Origin: Candidatus Saccharimonadota bacterium
GTDB taxonomy: Bacteria > Patescibacteriota > Saccharimonadia > Saccharimonadales > Saccharimonadaceae
Reading direction: 5' to 3'
Length of the DNA stretch: 64,000 bases
Assembly: GCA_017511925.1 (NCBI GenBank)
Contig: JAFWHS010000001.1
Location: forward strand, 35 to 64,034
In this document: positions 54,659 to 64,000 of the stretch, piece after piece
Numbering within the stretch: position 1 is the stretch's first letter
How the letters are laid out: each line of letters begins with the position of its first letter
Program-made: the position numbers and the translations under genes
The notes under the pieces: generated by a model
Told to the model about the DNA's origin: nothing
The model's input: only the letters and a program-made list of their open reading frames with translations
The model's database searches: none

Positions 54659-54703
54659 AATCGCTCCCCGCAAAAAGATAATACCCATGTCGTCAACGAT
54701 TAA

Positions 54704-56074
54704 TTATAACCCAAACTTTACATAATCTGCTGATGGTCCCCAATCAAATGGTGGCAACTGCTTTAAATTAAATACCGGCGACGGGATCATAGTATAATCA
54801 CCTTCGATAGAGTCGATCTGCAGCTCGCCTCCCGGGTTGTATTTTATTGCATTCAACATCGGAGCTACCGTTCTATTATACAACGCAAAAGCAAATGTCA
54901 TATCCGCCACTAATACAACCACCAAAACTACCTCTACCAAAGTTGCGGCCCTTAATGCCTTATCCGAAATCTTCGAATATTCCATAATATGACGAACAAA
55001 TAACATCGTCGAAAGAACTATGGCCATAAACATAGGGATCATAAACCTCGCATATAGATCATCATGGACTTTGACCAATGACGTCGCCCCCACAAACAGC
55101 AAACAAAAACTAAACAACAAAATTTGCCAAAACAAATACTTCTTTCTGTCCCCTTTAAACAAGCTAACCTCTACAAAAATATACATACACATCAGTGGAA
55201 TAGCGAAAAACACGTATCTAATATTATACCAAACATGATGAACCAACTTATATACAGTATCCAGCGGGTTCCTAAACAAATCGCCCAGTGCTACATAATC
55301 ATATATCTCAGCATATCCGCCACTAGTCCTACCCCCTAAACCGGCACCAGAGTAAAAGAATAATAACCCAGCAAATAACCCTATAATAGCAAAAAACTGT
55401 ATCTTATATTTCGCCCAAAAATCTCCAAACTTCAATTCCTTTTTCATAATCTTGGCAAGAATCCAAATAGCCATTATTATTAAAAACGCCACCGGCACAA
55501 TTTCCGTAGATATCCCAAACGCAAACCCTATTATAATAGCTCCTATGTCCTTCCACCATTTATTTTCCATAACCTCAACTCTAAATAACAGCAAAAACAA
55601 AATAGACGCTAGTAAGGCTAAGGCATAGTTATTTGCAAAACTAAACCTATACGTAAAAGCCTCACTAAAAATTGACACCATAATAAACAGCATTATCCCT
55701 AAATATATTAAAACATCCATATACCGCAATTTCAGCCTCCTCCCAAGAACGAACGCAGTCGAAAAATATACTACACCACTTGCAGCGGCAGACGACGCCA
55801 ATCGAAATAATAAATCAGGCCCAAATGATACCTGTTCGGTCATAAAACGAGCCGCAGTTTGTTGATAAAATTCCCCCAACCTAGGTATATAATGATAAAC
55901 ATGATTTAGTATGCCAAACACGCTTGAGTCAGACCTAGCATTGCCCATCGATATATCCTCATAAGTCTTAGTCATTAGTAAATATAAAATAACAAAAAAC
56001 ACCGGTACCAATATATAACCAAATATACAGATATTTCTTTCAAATTTTTTTTTCTTTTCGCCTCTCTCTTTCAT
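54704..56074 (-). CDS. polytopic membrane protein, putative GT-C-type glycosyltransferase/polymerase
   Basis: 456 aa with at least 10 predicted TM helices, inside a glycan cluster; the family is not firmly recognised. Confidence 0.4.
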   Translation of the reverse strand: MKERGEKKKKFERNICIFGYILVPVFFVILYLLMTKTYEDISMGNARSDSSVFGILNHVYHYIPRLGEFYQQTAARFMTEQVSFGPDLLFRLASSAAASGVVYFSTAFVLGRRLKLRYMDVLIYLGIMLFIMVSIFSEAFTYRFSFANNYALALLASILFLLLFRVEVMENKWWKDIGAIIIGFAFGISTEIVPVAFLIIMAIWILAKIMKKELKFGDFWAKYKIQFFAIIGLFAGLLFFYSGAGLGGRTSGGYAEIYDYVALGDLFRNPLDTVYKLVHHVWYNIRYVFFAIPLMCMYIFVEVSLFKGDRKKYLFWQILLFSFCLLFVGATSLVKVHDDLYARFMIPMFMAIVLSTMLFVRHIMEYSKISDKALRAATLVEVVLVVVLVADMTFAFALYNRTVAPMLNAIKYNPGGELQIDSIEGDYTMIPSPVFNLKQLPPFDWGPSADYVKFGL

Positions 56075-56141
56075 ACAACCAGTTTATCATAAAATTATTT
56101 ATTCCTCAACAATAATACAATATGATATAATACAACATAAT

Positions 56142-57104
56142 ATGACAAATAAACTACTATCCATAATAACTCCTGTTCACAACGAAGCCGATGGCATTCA
56201 AAATTTTATCAAAGGATCACTTCTTCCGGTTTTGGAAAAGCTTACTTATAATTACGAACTAATTATCGTAAACGATGGTTCAACAGACAATACATTAAAA
56301 ATTATTCAAAATCTTGCAACCAATAATAAAAACATAAAAATAATATCGCTCTCAAGAAACTTTGGCAAAGAACCAGCTTTATCCGCTGGCTTAGCTTACG
56401 CCAAAGGATCTGCCGCCATTACCATCGACGCAGACGGACAACAGCCACCAAGATTGATTCCAGACTTTATAAAAAAATGGCAGAGTGGCGCCGAAATTGT
56501 AACCGGCGTACGCAGTCAATATACTAAACACGGCCTCATCCAAAAGCTTGGCAGCAAATTATTTTACAAACTTCTCCGTCTTATGGGCAACAAAAGTACC
56601 GTTCCCGGCTCCACCGACTTCCGTCTCATGGATCGCACAGTTATAGATGAGTTCAATAAACTCTCCGAGCACAATCGTATCACCAGAGGCCTCATTGATT
56701 GGCTCGGCTTCAAGCAGGAATATATTGAATATATCTATGGAGTTCGCACTGCAGGCAAACCATCGTACAATCTTAAAAAACTCTTTCATCTTGCTATCGA
56801 TAGTTTCGTTTCTATGTCCACTACTCCACTTGTTATTTTTGGATACCTAGGCGTTTTTATCACCATCGGTAGTTTTATCCTTGGCTTATTTTGCATTATT
56901 AATCAATACGTATTGGGCGACCCGCTACAATTGTATTGGAATGGTTCCGTCCAACTTGCCATTTTTATTACCTTCCTCATTGGTCTCTTAATGATCTCGC
57001 AGTCGATTACAGCACTCTATATTTCTCACATTTACGCCGAAACTCAAGGCCGTCCATTATTTATCGTCGATCAAAAAGAATCGCGTAATTTAATTAAAAA
57101 ATAG
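56142..57104 (+). CDS. family-2 glycosyltransferase, GtrB/polyprenol-phosphate glycosyltransferase-like
   Basis: SIITPVHNEADGI, IVNDGSTDNT and DADGQQPP blocks, plus two C-terminal TM helices. Confidence 0.8.
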   Translation: MTNKLLSIITPVHNEADGIQNFIKGSLLPVLEKLTYNYELIIVNDGSTDNTLKIIQNLATNNKNIKIISLSRNFGKEPALSAGLAYAKGSAAITIDADGQQPPRLIPDFIKKWQSGAEIVTGVRSQYTKHGLIQKLGSKLFYKLLRLMGNKSTVPGSTDFRLMDRTVIDEFNKLSEHNRITRGLIDWLGFKQEYIEYIYGVRTAGKPSYNLKKLFHLAIDSFVSMSTTPLVIFGYLGVFITIGSFILGLFCIINQYVLGDPLQLYWNGSVQLAIFITFLIGLLMISQSITALYISHIYAETQGRPLFIVDQKESRNLIKK

Positions 57105-57105
57105 T

Positions 57106-57936
57106 ATGCAATCAAAAATTTCCATCATCATCCCAATTTATAACACCGCAAATTATCTCCCTACCTGCCTCAATTCCATCATCAATCAAACCTACCAAAA
57201 CCTCGAAATTATTCTCATTGACGACGGCTCTACCGATGATTCCAGTATAATCGCAGACGATTATGCAAAAAAAGACCATCGCATTAAAACCATCTATCAA
57301 AAAAACGCCGGACAATCCGCCGCTCGCAACACTGGTCTAACCAAAGCCACCGGAGAGTATATTAGCTTTGTAGATTCCGACGACCAAATCAAACCCAACT
57401 TTATCAAAACACTTTTTGATCTCTATCAAGACAACGCCGCCTCACTAGCTATTTGCGGCCACGAATACCGCAATATCAAAAAACATACCGCCAAATATCT
57501 CTACGCTTCGCCACTTAGACCACGTCGCCCTTACGAATCCTCAAAATCATATATTCTCAAACTACTCGCCAAAGATGGCCGACTCTATTCATGCAACAAT
57601 AAACTCTTTCGCACCGCAGTTATCAAAAAACACCACCTCACTTTTGACGAAAAACTCAATTTTGCCGAGGATACCAAGTTCGTCCTTTCCTATCTCCAAT
57701 ATGTCAAAGGCGAAATCGCCTACGATCCTTCTCCACTATATATCTACAATTTTGGTACAACTACTAGTACCATGCACAGCACCTCCACACATTGGCAAAA
57801 CTGGCAAACCTCATACCGAAATCTCAAGACTTGGCTCGGCAAAAATCCCACACTCATAGAAAAGTTTTGGCTCCACCTTATACACTTCCGTTGGCGTATC
57901 TCATATCTTCGTTCCAAACGTCGCGCAAAACAATAA
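57106..57936 (+). CDS. family-2 glycosyltransferase
   Basis: ISIIIPIYNTANYL, ILIDDGSTDDS and FVDSDD blocks. Confidence 0.8.
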   Translation: MQSKISIIIPIYNTANYLPTCLNSIINQTYQNLEIILIDDGSTDDSSIIADDYAKKDHRIKTIYQKNAGQSAARNTGLTKATGEYISFVDSDDQIKPNFIKTLFDLYQDNAASLAICGHEYRNIKKHTAKYLYASPLRPRRPYESSKSYILKLLAKDGRLYSCNNKLFRTAVIKKHHLTFDEKLNFAEDTKFVLSYLQYVKGEIAYDPSPLYIYNFGTTTSTMHSTSTHWQNWQTSYRNLKTWLGKNPTLIEKFWLHLIHFRWRISYLRSKRRAKQ

Positions 57937-57947
57937 ATTGTGCTAAA

Positions 57948-58769
57948 ATGTATATCAGTATGGAAATACCATTAGTTTTAAACCGCAAGAATCGCATCCT
58001 CCTAAAGGAGTTGACCAAAACCGACTTCAAACTCCGCTACCAGGGCTCAGTCTTAGGCTACCTTTGGGCTCTACTTCGTCCCCTCATGATGTTCGCTATT
58101 CTTTACATTGTATTTGCCAAACTCCTAAAAATCGGCGGCGAAATTCCTCATTACCCAGTCTATCTTCTTTGTGGCACCACCATGTGGAGTTTTTTTACCG
58201 AATGTACTTCACAAGGTATCCAAGCAGTCGTTGCACGCGGCGATCTACTCCGTAAAATTAGCTTCCCTAAATACATCGTTGTTGTTTCCGCCACACTTAC
58301 CGCCGTAATAAATATGCTTATCAACGTCGCAGTTATCATCATTTTTGCTCTCATTAACGGCGTTACCCCCAACTGGAGTTGGTTTCTCATTATTCCAGCA
58401 ATTCTGGAACTTTATCTTCTTTCTCTCGGTATTGCCTTTCTTCTCGGGTCCATTAACGTAAAATATCGTGATATTACCTCCATCTGGGACGTTTTTGTAC
58501 AAGCACTCTTTTACGCTATTCCAATCATCTATCCAGTCTCAATGGTAGCCGAAACCAGTACATCCGCCGCTAAAATTATTCTACTTAATCCCATCGCCCA
58601 GGCCATCCAAGATATTCGTTTCGGACTAATTACACACGACGCAGTTACGACCTGGAACTATGTCGCCAGTCCAGCAGTCATCATCCCTATCGTCATCACC
58701 TTAAGTGTTCTAGTATGCGGTTCTCTTACCTTCCGTAAAAAATCTAAATTCTTCGCAGAGGAGGTCTAA
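57948..58769 (+). CDS. ABC-2 type polysaccharide/teichoic-acid export permease
   Basis: LTKTDFKLRYQGSVLGYLWALLRPL and 6 TM helices; the start is chosen at the ATG at 57948 (alternative 57960); the track start at 57792 overlaps the previous gene. Confidence 0.75.
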   Translation: MYISMEIPLVLNRKNRILLKELTKTDFKLRYQGSVLGYLWALLRPLMMFAILYIVFAKLLKIGGEIPHYPVYLLCGTTMWSFFTECTSQGIQAVVARGDLLRKISFPKYIVVVSATLTAVINMLINVAVIIIFALINGVTPNWSWFLIIPAILELYLLSLGIAFLLGSINVKYRDITSIWDVFVQALFYAIPIIYPVSMVAETSTSAAKIILLNPIAQAIQDIRFGLITHDAVTTWNYVASPAVIIPIVITLSVLVCGSLTFRKKSKFFAEEV

Positions 58770-59551
58770 TGAAACGTCAAATCGGCAATCGTACAGAAAT
58801 TAATTCCACAACAGATAACATAGCCATCAGTGTTAGAAATCTTTACAAAAGCTTTAATCTTCCCACCGAACAATCTTCCGGTCTTAAACAAGCTATCTTT
58901 AACCGTCTCCGCGGCGTCAAAGGCTACACGGAGCAAAAAGTCCTCAAAGATATCAATTTTAAAATCAAAAAAGGAGAATTCGTTGGGATCATTGGACGTA
59001 ATGGCTCAGGTAAATCCACCTTGCTCAAAATACTCGCTGGCATCTACTACCCTCAAAAAGGCGACATCATCATCAACGGCAATTTAATCCCCTTCATCGA
59101 GCTCGGTGTAGGCTTCAATCCCGAGCTTACTGGACGCGAAAACGTTTATCTCAACGGTGCACTATTAGGATTCTCCAACGAAGAGATGGATACCATGTAT
59201 GACGACATTTGGGAATTCGCCGAACTCAAACAATTCCAAGATCAAAAACTTAAAAACTATTCCAGCGGCATGCAGGTTCGTCTCGCCTTTTCCATTGCCA
59301 TTAGAGCCCACGGCAATATCCTTCTGCTAGATGAAGTCCTCGCCGTCGGAGATGCCGCCTTTCAGCAAAAGTGCAATGATTATTTCAGGTCCCTTAAAGA
59401 CCAAAAACAAACTGTCATCCTAGTAACTCACTCCATGGAAAATGTCACCAAATTCTGCACTCGTGCCATCCTTATAGAATCTGGCAAAATCATTCAAGAC
59501 GGCGACCCAAATAAAGTTTCTGCCGCCTATACCAAGATGTTAGCCAACTAA
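58769..59551 (+). CDS. ABC transporter ATP-binding protein (TagH/Wzt-like)
   Basis: Walker A GRNGSGKST, signature YSSGMQVRL, Walker B LLLDE. Confidence 0.85.
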   Translation: MKRQIGNRTEINSTTDNIAISVRNLYKSFNLPTEQSSGLKQAIFNRLRGVKGYTEQKVLKDINFKIKKGEFVGIIGRNGSGKSTLLKILAGIYYPQKGDIIINGNLIPFIELGVGFNPELTGRENVYLNGALLGFSNEEMDTMYDDIWEFAELKQFQDQKLKNYSSGMQVRLAFSIAIRAHGNILLLDEVLAVGDAAFQQKCNDYFRSLKDQKQTVILVTHSMENVTKFCTRAILIESGKIIQDGDPNKVSAAYTKMLAN

Positions 59552-60874
59552 GTTTTTAGATATTGTTCGTACTCGTTTCGACCAGGTGTTTTCTTTTGCT
59601 TGCTCCAACAATTTTTCTCTTTTACTATTATCGCCATAGTCTTTTATTGCAATCGCTAAATTCTTTTCAAAATCATCGTCATCTTTAGACATATAGACAA
59701 ACTCATACCCTTCACACTCTTTCAAATCTCGCGTGCACACAGTAGGCAAACCACCCGCCATATACTCGAATAATTTTACTGGTGATGTAGCCTTAGCAAT
59801 CTCTCCACATTTAAACGGAATGATCGCTACATTAAAATACTTCGCATACCTTGGCAACTGTTCATAATTTTTTGCTCCCAAATTATGCACATTCGGCATC
59901 GTTTTTAGATCGATAGCTGCACCATTGTAATCTACACCCAAATATACAAATTCCCATTCTGGATGATTTTTTGCCACCTTATTTAAAAGATCAAAATCAA
60001 TCCACGGAGCTAAAGCTCCATAAAATCCAATTATTGGTTTCTTTTTCTTCACCATGGAAGCTAAATCTACTGGCGGAGTCTTAGTCCTATTTTTTTCAAA
60101 ATCAAAATGCTCAACTACCACAGCATTACTTGCCATGATAACTTTTTGGTTTTTACCCAGATGTTTCTTTAACTCATTGTATAATCTTTTAGCTGTTGTC
60201 AAGCATACTACCGGCTTTAATTCCTTAAGATTATCCCAAACTTCCATCTGGATACTAAGGTCACCAGAGATGTCCTCATGGAATTCATCAAGATAATCAT
60301 AAATAAATTTATATCCACCATCCACCATTTTTTTCAAAATACTAAACTTGGTTGGCATATTGTTTGGGGATAAGAAATAACATTCTGTACAAGCCTTCGG
60401 CAATTTGGTTAAATATTCTTCCGTATTCACAGTAATCAAATTTTCTTTTATTACCCTAAAGTCTTTTAGCACATTATCATACTCAAGATAAATCACAAAA
60501 TATCCAAGTTTACTAAATTCATCAGCCAAATGATGTGGACGTTGCTTAAGTTTTAGATCCCATGGCACACTATTTAGCACAATTACCTTTTTATAGTCTT
60601 TCGCCAAAAGAGCAATATCTTCCGCCATCTTCTTTTTGCGTTTTGCTTCTCTTTTTGCCATAGCTTTTTTGCTAACTCCACCCACTCTTTCCAAGGCATC
60701 ACGACGTTTTGTATTCTTCGGGAATACCCCATTATAGGCCGTTGCTACCTTTTCTGCAAATTTAAACCTTTTTGAGTTTGTTAATGTTTTTAAGTATTTA
60801 TTTTCACGCCTCAAAAAATTATTTTCTTTTTCTAACTCTTTGATTTTCTTTTTTAAATTCTCTCCGGCCATCAT
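59540..60874 (-). CDS. glycosyltransferase (TuaH-like GT4/GT1 fold) with an N-terminal coiled coil
   Basis: 444 aa; RPHHLADEFSKLGYFVIYLE and the C-terminal PVKLFEYMAGGLP E-x7-E-like block. Confidence 0.55.
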   Translation of the reverse strand: MMAGENLKKKIKELEKENNFLRRENKYLKTLTNSKRFKFAEKVATAYNGVFPKNTKRRDALERVGGVSKKAMAKREAKRKKKMAEDIALLAKDYKKVIVLNSVPWDLKLKQRPHHLADEFSKLGYFVIYLEYDNVLKDFRVIKENLITVNTEEYLTKLPKACTECYFLSPNNMPTKFSILKKMVDGGYKFIYDYLDEFHEDISGDLSIQMEVWDNLKELKPVVCLTTAKRLYNELKKHLGKNQKVIMASNAVVVEHFDFEKNRTKTPPVDLASMVKKKKPIIGFYGALAPWIDFDLLNKVAKNHPEWEFVYLGVDYNGAAIDLKTMPNVHNLGAKNYEQLPRYAKYFNVAIIPFKCGEIAKATSPVKLFEYMAGGLPTVCTRDLKECEGYEFVYMSKDDDDFEKNLAIAIKDYGDNSKREKLLEQAKENTWSKRVRTISKNLVG

Positions 60875-61965
60875 TTTTTCTCCATAATTGCATCTACTAT
60901 ATATTTACTGGCAAACCCGTCACCGTATGGGTTCTTTGCACTAGACATTTTTGCATAAAATTCCGCATCATCAAGCAATTGTTTCGCCATATTATAAACA
61001 TTCTCGGTTTCAGTACCAACAAGTTTCAATGTTCCGGCCTCAATTCCCTCTGGACGTTCGGTGGTATCGCGAAGTACTAATACTGGCTTGCATAAAGATG
61101 GGGCCTCCTCCTGCACACCACCACTATCAGACATAATAAAGTAAGCTCTTTCCATGAAATTATGAAAATCAAGCACGTCTAACGGTTCAATCAATCTGAC
61201 CCTATCACTGCCACTCAAAACTTCTCTTGCTACTTCTTGCACTTTTGGATTTAAGTGTACTGGATAAATCACTTTTACATCCGGATATTCATCGATAATT
61301 TTTCTAATTGCTCTAAAAATTCGGCGCATTGGTTCGCCCAAATTTTCTCTTCGGTGAGCTGTCACCAAAATCAATCTAGAGCCACCAGCCCAGTCCAAAT
61401 TAGGGTCAGAGTAGTCTTCGGAAACAGTAGTTTTTAAAGCATCGATTGCCGTATTTCCAGTTACAAATATTTCTTGCCCTTTATTTATTTTGTCGCCGAT
61501 ATTTTTTTTGCTAATTTCTGTAGGCGCAAAAAGATAATCCGCAATCCTGTCGATAATCTGACGGTTCATTTCCTCAGGAAATGGTGAATACTTATCGTAA
61601 GTTCTAAGCCCAGCTTCTACGTGGCCAACTTTTACTTGTTGATAAAACGCAGCAAGCGCCGCAGCCATTGCTGTGGTGGTGTCACCATGCACCAATACCA
61701 AATCCGGCTTTTCTTTAATAATAACTTCTTCAATCCCCTTTAATACTTCAGCCGTAATATGTGTTAAAGTTTGCCCAGGTTTCATAATATTTAGATCATA
61801 GTCTGGCTTAATATCAAAAACATCCAACACCTGATCCAGCATATCACGATGCTGGGCAGTCACACAAACGACAGATTTAATCCCCTCACGAGATTCTAAT
61901 TCTTTTACTACTGGAGCCATTTTAATGGCTTCTGGACGTGTCCCAAAAACAGATAAAACTTTCAT
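60871..61965 (-). CDS. wecB: UDP-N-acetylglucosamine 2-epimerase (non-hydrolysing)
   Basis: MKVLSVFGTRPEAIKMAPV, VHGDTTT and SDSGGVQEEAP motifs. Confidence 0.9.
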   Translation of the reverse strand: MKVLSVFGTRPEAIKMAPVVKELESREGIKSVVCVTAQHRDMLDQVLDVFDIKPDYDLNIMKPGQTLTHITAEVLKGIEEVIIKEKPDLVLVHGDTTTAMAAALAAFYQQVKVGHVEAGLRTYDKYSPFPEEMNRQIIDRIADYLFAPTEISKKNIGDKINKGQEIFVTGNTAIDALKTTVSEDYSDPNLDWAGGSRLILVTAHRRENLGEPMRRIFRAIRKIIDEYPDVKVIYPVHLNPKVQEVAREVLSGSDRVRLIEPLDVLDFHNFMERAYFIMSDSGGVQEEAPSLCKPVLVLRDTTERPEGIEAGTLKLVGTETENVYNMAKQLLDDAEFYAKMSSAKNPYGDGFASKYIVDAIMEKK

Positions 61966-62077
61966 TTCTCAATTATAACACGGCTCCATCAGGATTCCAA
62001 CTCTTTCGAATTGGCAGACTCACCATCCGAAAAACTTAATGCCTCAGTGCACCTATTCTGTATGCTATAATATTAAT

Positions 62078-63463
62078 ATGAAAAATATCCTCATCATAAG
62101 TGACGGTTTTTTATACGGTGGCTTCGAAACAAGAACCCTAAAGGAGCTAGTCGAAGCAAAAAAACACCATTATAATATCTTTCTTGCTTGCATCGACTAT
62201 AATCAAGAGGAAAACGCCTTTAAACAAGTTCTCATATTAAAACACCCTCTTTCTGACTACAATGATTTTATCGAAATAAAAGACATTCTCGCGACACGAG
62301 ACCAAATTATCGATTTTTGTAAGAAAAACCGCATTGACCTTATAGAATGTCACCCTTACTGGTGCTTATTACCAGCAACTCTAGCCGCCGAAAAACTTCA
62401 TATTCCTACCACATGTACTCTGCACGGAGTCACTTCCGGAAATTTTATTACCCCATCGCCCGCCAATATAGGGCTTCGCACTCTCTACTATCTCGTCTTT
62501 AAATACGGCTTCAATCAAATCATAGCTGTCGCCGAATATTTATGTAAACAATATTCATATCTATCCTCCAATATCACCATAACAAGAAACGGTATCAACC
62601 TTACCCAAAAAACTAGGCCGCGCTATTCTCCACGTAATGGATATTTTTGTATAGCATCCAGATTGGATATTCCTAAAACAAAGCTTATTGAGGATTTCTT
62701 ACCGACCCTTCATGCCCTACCAGAAGTGTATCATATTGACATCTTCGGTGATGGTGACCAATTAGGTTCATTAAAATCATTTATTGATCAAAACCGTTTC
62801 AACAAAATCTCCATAAAAGGCTGGCATAAAAACTTACCGCAAGTTTTTATAGATAATCACTATACCGCCATTTTTGGAATGGGACAAGTCGCCTTAGAAG
62901 CATTCAGTTCCAATACCCCAGTTGGCATCTTAGGTTACGGCGGCTTTGCCGGCCTCATTAACAAAACCAAAAACCTTTCTTATTTCATGAAGAACAATTT
63001 CACAGATTGGAAAACTTACAACATAGACCTAAAAAAAGAACTTCAGGAACTCAAAAAAAATCCCAACAACTATTTATTATCTTATCAGGAGATATCTAAA
63101 TTTGACCAAAGCAATATCTGGAACTCTCATTTTAAAACCGAAGAATCTTTGGCCCATTCAGAAAAGCCAATTCTTAATGTCCTCAATCACCTGCTTGAAA
63201 ATCATTCCAACAAGGACATAGACCTTAAGAAGTTTTTTTCCGAATCGGACTTTCCGGACACACAAAGTGATACCATCTACCAACTTTTCTTAGAAAATAT
63301 TAAGAATGGCTTGAAAGCGAACCAAGTTGACAAGCTCAAACAAAGCAATGTCTCAAAAACGGCCGAGATTAACGCACTTAAAAAAGAAATAAATGATATC
63401 ACAAATTCCGGATTTTGGAAGACTACTAAACCACTGCGTAAACTTCTGAATAAATTACACTAA
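62078..63463 (+). CDS. glycosyltransferase-like protein (GT4-like N-terminal region) with a coiled-coil tail
   Basis: MKNILIISDGFLYGGFETR...; ATG 6 nt after TATAAT (62066-62071). Confidence 0.5.
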   Translation: MKNILIISDGFLYGGFETRTLKELVEAKKHHYNIFLACIDYNQEENAFKQVLILKHPLSDYNDFIEIKDILATRDQIIDFCKKNRIDLIECHPYWCLLPATLAAEKLHIPTTCTLHGVTSGNFITPSPANIGLRTLYYLVFKYGFNQIIAVAEYLCKQYSYLSSNITITRNGINLTQKTRPRYSPRNGYFCIASRLDIPKTKLIEDFLPTLHALPEVYHIDIFGDGDQLGSLKSFIDQNRFNKISIKGWHKNLPQVFIDNHYTAIFGMGQVALEAFSSNTPVGILGYGGFAGLINKTKNLSYFMKNNFTDWKTYNIDLKKELQELKKNPNNYLLSYQEISKFDQSNIWNSHFKTEESLAHSEKPILNVLNHLLENHSNKDIDLKKFFSESDFPDTQSDTIYQLFLENIKNGLKANQVDKLKQSNVSKTAEINALKKEINDITNSGFWKTTKPLRKLLNKLH

Positions 63464-63588
63464 GGCTTAATACATCTAAAAGCAAAAATACTACTTTAGC
63501 ATACATATATAATACCATAAACTATTGCAGAGCACATTTATTCTCACAAAACCTCTCCAAAAAATCTCATATTTGATATAATACATCT

Positions 63589-64000
63589 ATGAGCCCCAAA
63601 AAGATAAGCAAGTTTATTTCTACCTCCATAAAGTCCTTAAACCAAAAACGTAGAAAACCAGAAATCATAGCCGTGCTCTGTGTTCATAATGAACAATTAA
63701 ATATCGACACCTGTCTTTACCATTTAGAACCTTATGTAGAAAAGATAGTCATTCTGGATGATGGCTCAACAGATGACACTATAAAAATTGCAAAACAACA
63801 TAAAAAAGTAATTAAAGTTATCTCCAGTACAACTCGAACTAAATGGGATGAAAGAAAAAATCGAGAAACCGTTTTAAAAGAAGCCTTCAATGTATCAAAA
63901 AAGCAAAACGCCTGGGCATTATGTATTGATGCTGATGAACGTTTCGAAGAAAAATTCTTACAGAACATCAAGAAAATCACAAAAAAATACTCTGGCAAAA
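63589..64000 (+). CDS. family-2 glycosyltransferase (partial; runs off the window)
   Basis: IIAVLCVHNEQLNI...VILDDGSTDDT...CIDADERF; ATG 6 nt after TATAAT (63577-63582); not in the ORF track. Confidence 0.6.
   Translation, partial: MSPKKISKFISTSIKSLNQKRRKPEIIAVLCVHNEQLNIDTCLYHLEPYVEKIVILDDGSTDDTIKIAKQHKKVIKVISSTTRTKWDERKNRETVLKEAFNVSKKQNAWALCIDADERFEEKFLQNIKKITKKYSGK

Noticed and set aside
1-64000. CRISPR arrays, rRNA genes, IS/transposase genes
   Set aside because: I saw no regularly spaced direct repeats, no rRNA-like conserved strings and no DDE/transposase-like ORFs. The only recombinases are the serine and tyrosine enzymes reported above.

Overview
This is AT-rich, tightly packed bacterial DNA that reads cleanly with the standard genetic code. 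The gene content looks like a Saccharibacteria (TM7) / Patescibacteria chromosome; this is inference from gene families, and no search was run. That content includes a VirB4/PrgI/giant VirB6-like type-IV-secretion-like operon, five VirB2-like pilin modules, ComFC, a membrane pyrophosphatase, acetate kinase, RNase Y and CIRCE-controlled GroES/EL.

The window falls into three blocks.

(i) About 0.4-21.2 kb is an accessory region. I read it as three integrative islands stacked at one tRNA-Lys(CUU).
- E0 is decayed. It carries ClbS/TfoX/PNPOx genes, a defence-like MazG + GIY-YIG/DUF2075 + PD-(D/E)XK cluster and a 5'-truncated serine recombinase.
- E1 has an intact large serine recombinase whose ORF ends inside a tRNA 3' half. 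Its cargo is a TetR / MMPL / heptad-repeat module.
- E2 is a sharply bounded 6,531-bp element with a tyrosine integrase, an Xis-like HTH protein and a Rep-like protein. It sits inside the anticodon loop of the tRNA-Lys, flanked by 11-bp direct repeats. It does not rebuild the tRNA but carries its own intact tRNA-Lys(CUU).

(ii) 21.2-53 kb is core chromosome. It holds RNase Y, a J-protein, the T4SS-like operon, hppA, the pilin genes, hsp20, comFC, tRNA-Ser, groES/EL, ackA, a second VirB6-like locus and uvrA.

(iii) 53-64 kb is a cell-envelope glycopolymer cluster (GtrA, GalE, several glycosyltransferases, an ABC-2 exporter, WecB).

I saw no rRNA, CRISPR array or transposase. At least 10 genes have TATAAT (or TAAAAT) exactly 6-7 nt upstream of the ATG, which suggests widespread leaderless mRNAs.
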